From Opitutales bacterium (GTDB taxonomy: Bacteria > Verrucomicrobiota > Verrucomicrobiia > Opitutales > Seribacteraceae): a DNA stretch of 64,000 nucleotides. Location: the NCBI GenBank assembly GCA_045567635.1, contig JBJLCO010000032.1, positions 9,222-73,221 on the forward strand. The letters are read 5' to 3'. The notes beneath the pieces were generated by a model. It was not told the DNA's origin. It made no database searches and was given only the letters and a program-made list of their open reading frames with translations. Both the position numbers and the translations under genes were made by a program. Positions 1 through 9,952 of this stretch are shown here, in pieces; the stretch's first letter is position 1, and the number at the start of each line of letters is the position of its first letter.

Positions 1-428
1 CTATCGATCCCAACCGAACTTATCTCTTCGAAAGGATCCGATAACGGTAATGAAACAGGCGGGGCAACTGCCGGTATATTTTGAAACAACTCGAGCGGTG
101 GTCGTTCTTCCATTGCTTGATTTTCCATCTTGGAGGACAATTCAGGTGAACCGATTGAATCTGACTGTGCAGTTGAATTGGTGTCCACAGACAAAGTGGT
201 AGTGACAACCTTGATAGTGGGAGGCATAATGAGTGTTCTTCGGTCAACAGGCAGGGGGGATGAACCGTAGGTGAGTGTGACAGGCTTGGTAAACGCAAGA
301 TACTTGCCACGCTGAGGTGCGGGTGCATCGAACCGCTTCATGTCCAGTGCAGACGCTTGAAAAACAAAGAAAAGAACTCCTGTGAGCCACAGGGTCCTGA
401 TAAAGATATTAAATTTTAAGTATTCCAT
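1..428 (-). CDS. hypothetical secreted protein, N-terminal part (gene runs off the left window edge)
   Basis: ATG at 428-426 opens a minus-strand frame that I checked codon by codon; it is stop-free down to position 3. It is missing from the ORF track only because it has no stop inside the window. The product starts MEYLKFNIFIRTLWLTGVLFFVFQASA (signal-peptide-like) and is then Ser/Thr/Pro-rich. No family recognised. Confidence 0.45.
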   Translation of the reverse strand, partial: MEYLKFNIFIRTLWLTGVLFFVFQASALDMKRFDAPAPQRGKYLAFTKPVTLTYGSSPLPVDRRTLIMPPTIKVVTTTLSVDTNSTAQSDSIGSPELSSKMENQAMEERPPLELFQNIPAVAPPVSLPLSDPFEEISSVGID

Positions 429-483
429 GAAATGATTAATCTCTCATTATAATCGACCATTCACAAAAAACTTTACCCAAATT

Positions 484-1050
484 TTAACTTTTTTTTAATT
501 CGTCCCAGCAAAAATTGCTCTGGTGCATTCGATGAACTTCCAAAAGATCGTCCATGGCATGAATATCGAGGGGGTGAATATCGGGAGCATCAAATTGAGT
601 TGCGGTTATTTGAAAAGGATCCCCATAATTCTCCAGACACTCTCGGGTTTGCGCCCAAATTGCGAAAGGATTCGAAAGTGCTTCCCCTTTATCCCGGGCC
701 ACCGATACAGCCCGTTCGATAACAGCAGAATCACACTCCGGGAAATTACAGTTGTAATTGAGATGTAAATCACCGGGGAAATTTTCTAAAATATGCTGAA
801 AGACAGGAATCGATGCAACATCATCACCAGATAGATTTTCCGGACGGTAGAGAATTTCCACTCCGTCCATCAGGCAGGTACGGGCAATCAGCTCGCTGTC
901 AGTTGACAGAACGACCCGGTCAATCACCTGACAATCAAGCAATTTTTGCAAAGCACGAACGACTAAAGGCACGCCTTTATAAGGCAAAAGGTTTTTGTAT
1001 GTCAGTCGCTTGCTTCCGAGCCGAGCAATTACAGAACCGAGAATTTCCAT
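484..1050 (-). CDS. acylneuraminate/nonulosonate cytidylyltransferase family protein (PseF/NeuA-like)
   Basis: The N-terminal ARLGSKRLTYKNLLPYKGVPLV matches the GSK-R/G...KN...L.GKPL motif of CMP-sugar synthetases. Divergent from the PseC/PseH-like genes. Confidence 0.7.
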   Translation of the reverse strand: MEILGSVIARLGSKRLTYKNLLPYKGVPLVVRALQKLLDCQVIDRVVLSTDSELIARTCLMDGVEILYRPENLSGDDVASIPVFQHILENFPGDLHLNYNCNFPECDSAVIERAVSVARDKGEALSNPFAIWAQTRECLENYGDPFQITATQFDAPDIHPLDIHAMDDLLEVHRMHQSNFCWDELKKS

Positions 1051-1133
1051 CCTTTGTGATTATCATCAAATACAGACAGAGCAAGTCTGATATTAAGTGT
1101 TCGATTCAGCTTGGAAAACCAATGGGGATTTGA

Positions 1134-2320
1134 TTGTTTGTACTCATGGGGCTGATTCCTTATTCCAGGCAAAGTATTAACGATGAAGATATTTCGTTAA
1201 TCACTCAGACCATGTCTTCCGACTTTCTTACTCAGGGGCCGAAAATACCCGAGTTTGAAAAAGCCTTGGAACAATATTTTGGAGTCCAGCATGCAATCGT
1301 TTGCTCAAGTGGAACCGCGGCCCTTCATCTTGCCTACGCCTCGGCCGGAATAAATCATGAAAGCCTTGGCATTGTACCAGCGATTACTTTTGCGGCTACC
1401 GCCAACGCTCTTCGATACCAATCGGCCAATATTCTAATTTGTGATGTCGAACCGGACACCGGACTGATTTCAATCGAATCTCTTGATCATTGCCTTTCCG
1501 GGGTGTCGGAAGAACAAAAAGAAAAAATCAACTTAATTGCTCCAGTTTCCTTTGCCGGTGCGGTTGCCCCACTGGATCAGTGTAAAAAGTTAGCCGAGCA
1601 TCATAATTTCATTCTTATCGAAGACGCTTCCCATTCTCCCGGTGCCTCCACATCAAGTGAGCAGGAGGGAACAGTATTCAGTGCCAATGGCGAACATACA
1701 CTCGCATCCACACTCAGCTTTCATCCAGTCAAACATATTTGCGCCGGTGAAGGGGGGGCAGTGCTGACCAATAACCCCGAATTGCGCCGCAATCGCTGCC
1801 CGACTCCGAAGTCATGGAATTCATCGACCGTTCAACGAAAATGATGAAATGCCCTGGTTCTACGAACAGGAAAGTTTAGGATGGAATTACAGATTAACTG
1901 ACCTACAAGCCACACTCGGCACTTTCTCAGCTCAAGCGATTGGATCTCTTTATTTCAAAGAGAAGACATTTAGCCAAACGGTACGATCGTTTGCTTCAGG
2001 CACCTCCCTTTTCCGAGCATATTCAGCGACCGCCCTTCGAGGAGGGACACGCATGGCATTTATATGTGATTCGGTTTATGGATAAAGAGAAAAGAAATTT
2101 GGCTTACAAATTTCTAAAGAGTAAAAATATTTTCACTCAGGTTCACTATATTCCAGTTTACAAACATCCGTACTATAAAAACCTGCTGGGACAATTTAGT
2201 TTGCCAGGAGCGGAAGCTTTTTTCCAAAGTTGTTTAAGCATACCAATATTTCCGGATTTACATGAAAGCGAACAGGACCGTGTGCTTGAAGCACTAGAAC
2301 TATTTTTAACTAAAGGATAA
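1134..2320 (+). pseudogene. pseC: DegT/DnrJ/EryC1/StrS-family PLP aminotransferase, PseC-like, interrupted by two +1 frameshifts
   Basis: IPYSRQSINDEDISLI..LTQGPKIPEFE..AIVCSSGTAALHLA and HPVKHICAGEGGAVLTN are PseC/DegT-type. The reading continues in the next frame from about 1786 (AIAARLRSHGIHRPF..WFYEQESLGWNYRLTDLQATLGT) and in the third frame from about 1926 (SQLKRLDLFISKRRHLAKRYDRLL..HAWHLYVIRF). The breaks sit at cc 1787-1788 and ttt 1923-1925. The likely true start is ATG 1146. Confidence 0.75.
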
Positions 2321-2958
2321 TGGACTTTAAGAAATTTACCAAACCTGCTGCAGGTGCAACTGGATCCTCTCCGGGATATATTGCCTTAAAAGGATTCAGG
2401 TCAGGTTTTCGCGGATATGAACTCACCTCCATTCGGATGGAGGATGCGGAAAAAATCATGCAGTGGAGAAATGAACAAATCTCCGCATTACGACAAAAAA
2501 AACCCCTCACCCCGGACGAGCAGAGGAACTACTTTGAAAAGGTGGTCAAACCAAGCTTTTCCCAAAAACAACCGGATCTTATCCTTCTTCGTTTTTGTTA
2601 TGAAAATAAATTGATTGGCTACGGTGGACTCGTTCATATCGACTGGACAAATGAGCGGGCAGAAATTTCATTTTTACTGGAAACAGAAAGAGCAAAAGAC
2701 AGTTTCCAGTATGGTCGCGACTGTAGCGTATTCCTCAATTTGCTCATGAGGTGTGCATTTGACACTCTTGATCTCAACAAAATTAACACCTATTCATACT
2801 CTCACCGCACTGCCCATGTCAATGCGGTGGAAGCCTCCGGACTTCGGAGAGACGGGGTGCTCAGACAGGACACCAAAGTGGATGGTGAATGGGTGGATGC
2901 GGTGATTTCTTCCTGCTTAAAGTCTGAATACCTCAAGCAATTCCCACCGCCTGAGTAA
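2320..2958 (+). CDS. GNAT-family N-acetyltransferase (PseH-like by context)
   Basis: LTSIRMEDAEKIMQWRNEQ.. followed by a GNAT-like core. The ATG overlaps the upstream stop as TAATG (2318-2322). Confidence 0.6.
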   Translation: MDFKKFTKPAAGATGSSPGYIALKGFRSGFRGYELTSIRMEDAEKIMQWRNEQISALRQKKPLTPDEQRNYFEKVVKPSFSQKQPDLILLRFCYENKLIGYGGLVHIDWTNERAEISFLLETERAKDSFQYGRDCSVFLNLLMRCAFDTLDLNKINTYSYSHRTAHVNAVEASGLRRDGVLRQDTKVDGEWVDAVISSCLKSEYLKQFPPPE

Positions 2959-3932
2959 TGGCGGAATTCAAGGATAATTTTTTTTTACTCTTTTCCAGTT
3001 TTTCCTCAAAACTCGCCCTCTTTCGCTCGGTGACCGAGCAGGCGCAACTTGTTTCTTCTCACTTCACAGTTTTAGGCGCGGATTCCGACGAAAATTGCTT
3101 GGGAGCAAAGCAAACTGAAAATTTCATTACAATACCATTAATTCGGGATTTAAGCAGGGAGGATGTCCTCGAATACTGCCAAAAAAATGATATTCGATAT
3201 ATTATTCCGACCCGGGACGCAGAACTAGTTTTTTGGGCTGAAAAAGAAAAATATTTATTGAGGGAAGGAATTGGAGTTATGATTTCCGCATGTTCTGCGA
3301 TTTCCATCTGCGAAGATAAATTTAAATTTTTCCAGCATCTGAGAGACGCTCCGGTTCAACCTATCGAAACCTGCCTATCCGCTCATGAGCTAACTTCCGA
3401 AAATGATCGATTTGTGGTCAAAGAAAGATCGGGATCCGCGTCCCGTTTGATCAGTTTGAATACTAAAAGAGACGAAATCGATTTCTTTTCCTCTCGACTC
3501 ACCGAACCGATCTTCCAACCCCAAATTACAGGCAGGGAGTTCAGTGCAGAGACCTGGATCGATCAAAAAGGGAAATGCCACGGAGTGGTTTTGAGATGGA
3601 GAATCAAAGTGTTAAACGGGGAATCACATGAAACGGTCACTTTTTCCAATCCGGAATGGGCACAAAAAATCATTCAAACTTTTTCCATGATCGCGGGATT
3701 AAAGGGTCATGTGCTTGCCCAAGTTATTGTCGACAATGAGGAAAACCTTCATTTGGTTGAGATCAATCCTCGCCTGGGAGGAGCCAGTCCATTGTCAATC
3801 GCAGCTGGATTGAACTCAATTAAATGGTCTCTACTCGAATTCTTAGACCGGTCCGAGGAAATTCCCGCCTTCCCAGATTTCACTTATGGACTTCGACTGA
3901 GCAAAAAAAATCAACAGATTCTGATACGATAA
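2958..3932 (+). CDS. ATP-grasp domain protein
   Basis: The C-terminal LHLVEINPRLGGASPLSIAAGLN is the ATP-grasp E-x-N-P-R-x-G-G motif. The start overlaps the upstream stop as TAATG (2956-2960). Confidence 0.65.
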   Translation: MAEFKDNFFLLFSSFSSKLALFRSVTEQAQLVSSHFTVLGADSDENCLGAKQTENFITIPLIRDLSREDVLEYCQKNDIRYIIPTRDAELVFWAEKEKYLLREGIGVMISACSAISICEDKFKFFQHLRDAPVQPIETCLSAHELTSENDRFVVKERSGSASRLISLNTKRDEIDFFSSRLTEPIFQPQITGREFSAETWIDQKGKCHGVVLRWRIKVLNGESHETVTFSNPEWAQKIIQTFSMIAGLKGHVLAQVIVDNEENLHLVEINPRLGGASPLSIAAGLNSIKWSLLEFLDRSEEIPAFPDFTYGLRLSKKNQQILIR

Positions 3933-3982
3933 TTGATTTTCCTACTCGACAGAATAATAATCGCACTTAGTAAGATGTAATC

Positions 3983-4771
3983 ATGCCTGCAAAAACATTT
4001 GCCATCGCAAACCAAAAAGGGGGAGTGGGAAAAACCACCACCACGATCAACCTCGGTGCGGCTCTTGCTTCGTTCGGAATCCCGACATTAATCGTGGATA
4101 TGGACCCCCAGGCAAACGCAACCAGTTCTCTCGGTGTTGAGAAAAAAACCGGGGCGGGTGTGTACGAACCATTACTCAGCGGGACCGACCTCGCCAGCCG
4201 TGTAGTGGCTACGAAAGAAAAAAATCTTTGGCTCATCCCTTCCGAACTTGATCTCGCCGCAGCCGAGCTTGAGCTGAGTAGTCAGGAAAATTATCTCGTT
4301 AAATTACGCGGAGCACTGGAGAATCTTTCCCTCAATTACGGACTTCATGCGATTCTGATTGATTGTCCCCCCACCCTGGGATTGCTTTCCATGAATTCCT
4401 TGTGTGCGGCTGATTTCCTCCTGATCACCCTGCAATCAGAATACCTCGCACTCGAAGGGCTAAGCCAGATAACGGGGGTCATTCAGCAACTCAAGGAATC
4501 CGGAGCCAACCCGGGACTGGAGCTTGGTGGAATTGCAATGACCATGTATGATAACCGTACGCGATTATCCTACGAAGTTTGGCAGGAAGTAAACAGGCAC
4601 TACCCCGATCAAATATTCCGCACCGCAATTCCCCGGACTGTTCGATTAAGTGAGGCACCCAGCTTTGGAAAAACCATTTTCCAATATGACCCCAACGGGA
4701 TTGGATCCAAGGCATATATGGCACTGGCCAAGGAGGTAAAACAACGGTTTTTTCAACCCGTTTCCTCCTAG
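3983..4771 (+). CDS. parA: ParA/Soj-type partitioning ATPase
   Basis: Deviant Walker A in FAIANQKGGVGKTTTTINLGAALA. The C-terminal IPRTVRLSEAPSFGKTIFQYDP is typical of chromosomal Soj. Confidence 0.85.
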   Translation: MPAKTFAIANQKGGVGKTTTTINLGAALASFGIPTLIVDMDPQANATSSLGVEKKTGAGVYEPLLSGTDLASRVVATKEKNLWLIPSELDLAAAELELSSQENYLVKLRGALENLSLNYGLHAILIDCPPTLGLLSMNSLCAADFLLITLQSEYLALEGLSQITGVIQQLKESGANPGLELGGIAMTMYDNRTRLSYEVWQEVNRHYPDQIFRTAIPRTVRLSEAPSFGKTIFQYDPNGIGSKAYMALAKEVKQRFFQPVSS

Positions 4772-4805
4772 AAGCACTCAGCTTGAACTTTCGTTTTCGA
4801 ATTAG

Positions 4806-5538
4806 ATGAAGGATTGTACGAAAAAAACATTTTCCCATACTAAGTTGCAAAAAAACATTTCCTACTCATTCCAAAATCCTGAACTCCTCATTCTTGCGCT
4901 CACTCATCCATCTTTTAATGAGCACGATCAGCGCAAAGCGGACAACCAGAGGATGGAATTTCTGGGTGATTCAATCTTGGGTGCTATTCTAGCAGATGCA
5001 CTCTATCAGGCGTTTCCTAAAGAAAACGAAGGCTCTCTCAGCAGAAAAAAAGCCGTTTTTGTCCGGGGCAGTTTCCTGGCCAAGGTCGCGTCTGACCTCA
5101 AACTTGACCGTTTTGTACTTATGAGTGAGTCGGAAATCAAAAACAATGGACACAAAAGAAGCTCCACTCTTGAAGATACGCTCGAGGCACTCATTGGTGC
5201 TATTTTCCTGGATGGCGGTATGCAAGAAACAAGAAACTGTGTCCTCAAATGGTTTGGCGACTTACCCGGGCAACTGCAGGCCGAACAACCCAAATACAAC
5301 CCCAAGGGCCAACTTCAGGAAATGATCAAGGATGGTTCAATGTCAAAAAATATCGAATACCGCCTGATTAAGGAAGAAGGGCCGCCCCATCAAAAAAAAT
5401 TTGCGATTGATCTTATAGTCGGAAAAAAAAACGCTGGGATCGGGTGTCGGCAAGACAAAAAAGGAAGCGGAAGAAAAAGCGGCATTACTGGCTCTCAGTA
5501 AGATAAGCAAAGAAGTCAAAAATAATTCATCCACTTAA
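4806..5538 (+). pseudogene. rnc: ribonuclease III, C-terminal dsRBD shifted out of frame at an A9 run
   Basis: Carries the RNase III signature NQRMEFLGDSILG. After the A9 run at 5423-5431 the listed frame gives a junk tail. The +1 frame gives TLGSGVGKTKKEAEEKAALLALSKI.., the expected dsRBD end, with its stop at 5536-5538. Confidence 0.85.
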
Positions 5539-8500
5539 GTGAAAAGAGTACTTATTCCCCGGGAAGTACCGGCCACTTTTATTCACTCACTTCCGGAAGC
5601 GGCGACCTCTGCCCTTGCTGCAAACTTTTTAAATGATCAAGGACATTCAATTGCAATCCTAGTCGAGGAAAGCATTCCCAAAGCAGAAGAATGGGGAGAG
5701 GATGTGGCGGCTTTCATGGAAAGCTTGAATCCGGACCAAAAAGTTGAATTCCACCTTTTTGACTCCGTACCCGATCCAAATCACCCCGACGCTTTCGAAA
5801 AAATTTGTGAAAGAATGACAATTCTGTCTTCTCTTATCCGGACAAGTCCAAAGAGAAACCACCTGCTTCTGATCGCCACTACCCCTGAAGCATTAGTAAG
5901 CCCCTGCCCCCAACATGAGCGCCAGAAAAAATCCGAGCTCATTTTATCTGCGGGGCAGGAATACGAATTCGAAAAACTGTGCTCAACACTCGCGGTTGAT
6001 TTTGACTACTCCTCAGAAATCCTCTGCGAGGAACCGGGGCAGTTCTCGGTGAGGGGTGGATTGATCGACATCTATCCAGTGAACGGAACCGAGCCGGCAA
6101 GAATTGATTTTTTTGGTAACGAAATTGAAGAGATTCGCTCCTTTGATCCTTCGACACAGCGGGGCGAGGCGATTCTCGATCATTTATTTATCTCCTCCGC
6201 CCAGTCAAACCAGGAGATCGAAGTGGAAGGTGAATTTTTCCGCTATTTATCCGAACCGGTTTCGTGGATATTTCGGGAACCGGAGGAACTGACTTCAAAG
6301 TTCCCATTGGTTTTTCACAGTGCGACCAAGTCCTCTGCTTCTCAGGCCAGTTTTGCGAATGCCCTGATTCCGGAAAAAAGAAAGAACGATCATTTCCTTG
6401 GCACCAGCGAAATTCAAGCGGGAGCCGGAATCTTCGAGAAACTGGAAGCACTCGAACTTCCTGTCCGTTCCGATACATTGTCCGCAAAGAGAAGCACATT
6501 TCATGATTATGGAAAGGATGAATTTGAAAGTCAAAAAAAGCACCGAGCCGCCCATCTTTTTGAACTGCTGCAAAAACAGGATAAGGGATACGAAATCATT
6601 ATTGCATCCGGAGCGGAGGCGGAAAAGAAAAGAATCACTGAGATCATTACCGAGGAAAGTTCATTAACAAGACTCAATCCAAAATATCTTCCCATTGGAC
6701 TGAAGGAAGGATTCTCCGTCGAAGCGGGAGCCCAAAAGAATTATTTTAATTTACTGATGGAGGATCCTGCGAATGGACTTGTTCTCTCCACCGCCCGTGA
6801 GATCTTAGGTCGCGAGCGGAGTAGGAGGCCAATGCGTTCCAAAAAAGCCATTGTTCGTCGAAAAGAGGTCGATCAGGCACTCGACTTCTCCGAATTGATT
6901 GAGGGGGATTATCTCGTTCACCATCAGCACGGAATTTGCCAGTTCAAAAAACTTGGGCAGATCGAGGACGGACAAAGAAAGGAGGAAGCAATTACCCTCG
7001 AATTTGCCGACGAATTACTACTCCATGTCCCGCTGCAGGAGTCCCACCTGCTCTCCCGCTATATCGGGCTTCAAAAATCCCGCCCCAAACTTGCTAAGCT
7101 GGGAGGTAAATCATGGGCAAAAATAAAACAGGCTGCTGAAATAGCCGCACTCGATCTGGCCGCCGATCTGCTTCGCCTGCAAGCCACCCGTGACACAAAC
7201 AAAGGGCATTCGTTTTCTCCTGATGAGAAATGGCAGAAGGAATTTGAGGACGCGTTTCCGTTCACCGAGACGGTTGATCAACTCAAGGCAATCAATCAGG
7301 TCAAAGAGGATATGGAGAAAGAACAGCCAATGGATCGCCTCGTATGCGGGGATGTTGGTTTTGGGAAAACGGAGGTGGCGCTCCGGGCCGCCTTTAAGGC
7401 AGTAATGGACGGTAAACAAGTCGCTTTTTTGGCTCCCACCACCATTCTCTGTCAGCAACATCTCAATCTTTTCAGGCAACGCATGGTTGATTATCCAATT
7501 TCAATTGAAATGCTGAGTCGCTTTCGGACACCGGGACAACAAAAGAAAATCATTCACGCAAGTGGAGCAGGAACAGTTGATATTTTAATTGGAACTCACC
7601 GGATGTTCAGTCCGGATGTTGTGTTTAAAGATCTGGGACTGTTAATTATTGATGAAGAGCAAAGATTTGGAGTACAGCACAAAGAATCTATCAAAAAGCT
7701 TCGGGCACGAGTGGATGTCCTGACTCTAAGTGCAACTCCAATCCCACGAACCTTATACTTCGCCATGGTCGGTGCCCGGTCTCTCAGTGCAATTGAAACC
7801 GCTCCGGTGAATCGCAGACCAATCCGGACCGAGGTCGTGAATAATTCGGCACAGGTTATCCAACAGGCCGTTCAAATCGAAACCCAACGGGGTGGGCAGA
7901 TTTTCTACCTTCACAATCGTGTAAAAACCATTTACGCAACCGCACGGAAACTCGAAGTTCAATTTCCCCGGCTCCGTATCGGGATAGGACACGGGCAAAT
8001 GAGCGAGGGTGAACTCGAGGAAGTGATGACAGATTTTGTGGCCCACCGGTTTGATCTTCTCGTTTGCACAACAATCATCGAGTCCGGTTTGGATATACCG
8101 AACTGTAACACCATTATCATTGAGGGAGCCGACAAATTTGGGCTTTCTCAGCTCTACCAGCTTCGGGGCCGGGTCGGAAGGTTTGACAGGCAAGCCTACG
8201 CCTACCTCTTACTCAACAGGCACCTCACGGTTTCCGATCAGGCTCGCAAAAGATTAGCTTCAATCAGGCAGATTAATAATTTCGGTGCTGGGTTTAAAAT
8301 CGCACTGCGAGACTTGGAGCTGAGGGGAGCGGGCAACTTACTCGGTAGTGAACAGAGCGGGCATGTGGCCGGAATCGGTTTTGAACTCTACTGCCGCCTA
8401 CTTCGGGAAAGCGTTTCCCGATTGAAAGGAGAAGAAATTTCACTTCGACCCTCCGCAACTGTACGCTTGGATTTTCTAACCGCGGGCTACCCTACCGAAG

Positions 8501-8916
8501 AGGAAGAGGTGGGGAGTTCGTTCCCGCTTATTGGTTCATTCTTTCCGGAAAGTTACACCTCCGAACCAAGACTTCGTATTGAAGCTTACAGAAAACTGGC
8601 TCAAATGAGGGAGGAAAGTGAAATTGACGGGTTTTTGGAAGAGTTAAAAGATCGTTTTGGAACCCCGCCAGATGAAGTGTTCGCCCTGACTCAGGAAACC
8701 AGAATCCGCTGCCTGACGGAGGAAGCCGGTTTTGATATGATTGAAGTCCGAAAAAATGAAATCTATTGCCGAATGATCCAAAGAGGGAAAGACGGAACCA
8801 AGCATTATCATCGAAAAGCCGGACAAATTCCAAAACTTTCGTCTAAAGAACCACTTTTGAAGTTGAACGAAATCATTCGTTTCCTAAGAATAGTACACCA
8901 TGGGAATAAAAATTAA
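5539..8916 (+). CDS. mfd: transcription-repair coupling factor
   Basis: 1125 aa with the superfamily-2 helicase core (GDVGFGKTEVALRAAF, LIIDEEQRFGV, QLRGRVGR) and a TRCF-type C-terminus. The GTG start abuts the rnc stop (TAAGTG). Confidence 0.95.
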   Translation: MKRVLIPREVPATFIHSLPEAATSALAANFLNDQGHSIAILVEESIPKAEEWGEDVAAFMESLNPDQKVEFHLFDSVPDPNHPDAFEKICERMTILSSLIRTSPKRNHLLLIATTPEALVSPCPQHERQKKSELILSAGQEYEFEKLCSTLAVDFDYSSEILCEEPGQFSVRGGLIDIYPVNGTEPARIDFFGNEIEEIRSFDPSTQRGEAILDHLFISSAQSNQEIEVEGEFFRYLSEPVSWIFREPEELTSKFPLVFHSATKSSASQASFANALIPEKRKNDHFLGTSEIQAGAGIFEKLEALELPVRSDTLSAKRSTFHDYGKDEFESQKKHRAAHLFELLQKQDKGYEIIIASGAEAEKKRITEIITEESSLTRLNPKYLPIGLKEGFSVEAGAQKNYFNLLMEDPANGLVLSTAREILGRERSRRPMRSKKAIVRRKEVDQALDFSELIEGDYLVHHQHGICQFKKLGQIEDGQRKEEAITLEFADELLLHVPLQESHLLSRYIGLQKSRPKLAKLGGKSWAKIKQAAEIAALDLAADLLRLQATRDTNKGHSFSPDEKWQKEFEDAFPFTETVDQLKAINQVKEDMEKEQPMDRLVCGDVGFGKTEVALRAAFKAVMDGKQVAFLAPTTILCQQHLNLFRQRMVDYPISIEMLSRFRTPGQQKKIIHASGAGTVDILIGTHRMFSPDVVFKDLGLLIIDEEQRFGVQHKESIKKLRARVDVLTLSATPIPRTLYFAMVGARSLSAIETAPVNRRPIRTEVVNNSAQVIQQAVQIETQRGGQIFYLHNRVKTIYATARKLEVQFPRLRIGIGHGQMSEGELEEVMTDFVAHRFDLLVCTTIIESGLDIPNCNTIIIEGADKFGLSQLYQLRGRVGRFDRQAYAYLLLNRHLTVSDQARKRLASIRQINNFGAGFKIALRDLELRGAGNLLGSEQSGHVAGIGFELYCRLLRESVSRLKGEEISLRPSATVRLDFLTAGYPTEEEEVGSSFPLIGSFFPESYTSEPRLRIEAYRKLAQMREESEIDGFLEELKDRFGTPPDEVFALTQETRIRCLTEEAGFDMIEVRKNEIYCRMIQRGKDGTKHYHRKAGQIPKLSSKEPLLKLNEIIRFLRIVHHGNKN

Positions 8917-9913
8917 TGGAATGAGCTTAAAAATCTTTCTCACCTTGGCGGGATTCTGGGGAATACATCATCAAGTCGTTGCGGCTGATTTAGTTGAACT
9001 GAATCGGGTGGTTGCCAAAGTAAACAACCGGGTTGTAACCTGGGGAGAAATTGAAAAAGCAATGAACTTGCTTAATTTTACTGAAAATGAAAAACAGGAT
9101 CGGGCCAACGAATTTGTGGATGGAAAAATTGACCGTCTTCTCTCCATCGGTGCGTTTGGTGAAAAAGGAATGAATATCCCGGCCTCCTATGTTGAACAGG
9201 AATACAATAAACGCCTAATCACAGAATTTAACGGGGATCGGAAATTATTCCGGGACACTCTTCGAAGCCGTGGTCAGTCACAACTCGAGTACCGCAAGGA
9301 TTTGGAGGAAGAAATTATCTACAGCCATATGATCTCCACACGAAGACGTTTGAAAGAGGAAATCAGTCCCGAAAAAGTGGAATCCTATTACACCCAAAAT
9401 CCTAACCTTTTTACCACAGAAGAAAAAATACAACTGAGTGAAATTGCGTTTTCTCAAATTGCAGGAGAACCTGAAACTGTTTTACTCCAACAGGCTCATA
9501 AGGTACTGAAGGACATTAATGCTGGGCAAAGTTTTGAAGAAGCGGCCAAGAACAATGGACAAAGTCCATATCGTGAGAGTTCCGGTAATTGGGGAGTAAT
9601 GGTTTCAGAAAAAGAAATTTTGAGTGAGGAAATAAAAAAACAGGCATTCGCTCTCAATGAAGGTGAGATTTCCCAACCTTTCATCGTTAATATACTCCAG
9701 CGAAATGCGGATGGAACAATTGGGAAATCAGGAAAAATCGCGGTCTACATTTTCAAAGCGGTAAAAAAGACGAGTGCAGGAAGAAAACCTCTTCAGGAAG
9801 TACGTCCCCAAATTGAACGCACTCTGGCATCGGCAATTGAGGCAAAAAGCAACAGGGAATGGCTGAGCCGGCTGAAACGTGACGCCTACATAAGAGTCTC
9901 ACTCCCCAAATAA
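8900..9913 (+). CDS. SurA-like periplasmic peptidyl-prolyl isomerase (parvulin/PpiC type)
   Basis: Signal peptide MSLKIFLTLAGFWG..VAA. PpiC-like block AGQSFEEAAKNNGQSP..SGNWGV..EGEISQPF. The alternative start ATG 8921 avoids overlap with mfd. Confidence 0.7.
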   Translation: MGIKINGMSLKIFLTLAGFWGIHHQVVAADLVELNRVVAKVNNRVVTWGEIEKAMNLLNFTENEKQDRANEFVDGKIDRLLSIGAFGEKGMNIPASYVEQEYNKRLITEFNGDRKLFRDTLRSRGQSQLEYRKDLEEEIIYSHMISTRRRLKEEISPEKVESYYTQNPNLFTTEEKIQLSEIAFSQIAGEPETVLLQQAHKVLKDINAGQSFEEAAKNNGQSPYRESSGNWGVMVSEKEILSEEIKKQAFALNEGEISQPFIVNILQRNADGTIGKSGKIAVYIFKAVKKTSAGRKPLQEVRPQIERTLASAIEAKSNREWLSRLKRDAYIRVSLPK

Positions 9914-9952
9914 CCGTTTTCCTTTACCCGGATTCTCCCCCTCCTTTCCACG

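Noticed and set aside
20-328. 102-aa minus-strand ORF from the track
   Set aside because: Its product is Leu/Ser/Pro/His-rich and unprotein-like. A different minus frame (1..428) has a clean signal peptide and is open to the window edge.
5423-5431. Programmed ribosomal frameshifting at the A9 run in rnc (and at other homopolymer breaks)
   Set aside because: No known recoding exists in rnc, xth, rdgB or sulfatases, and I saw no stimulatory structure. The same +1-in-a-run pattern across ten unrelated genes fits base-calling error better.
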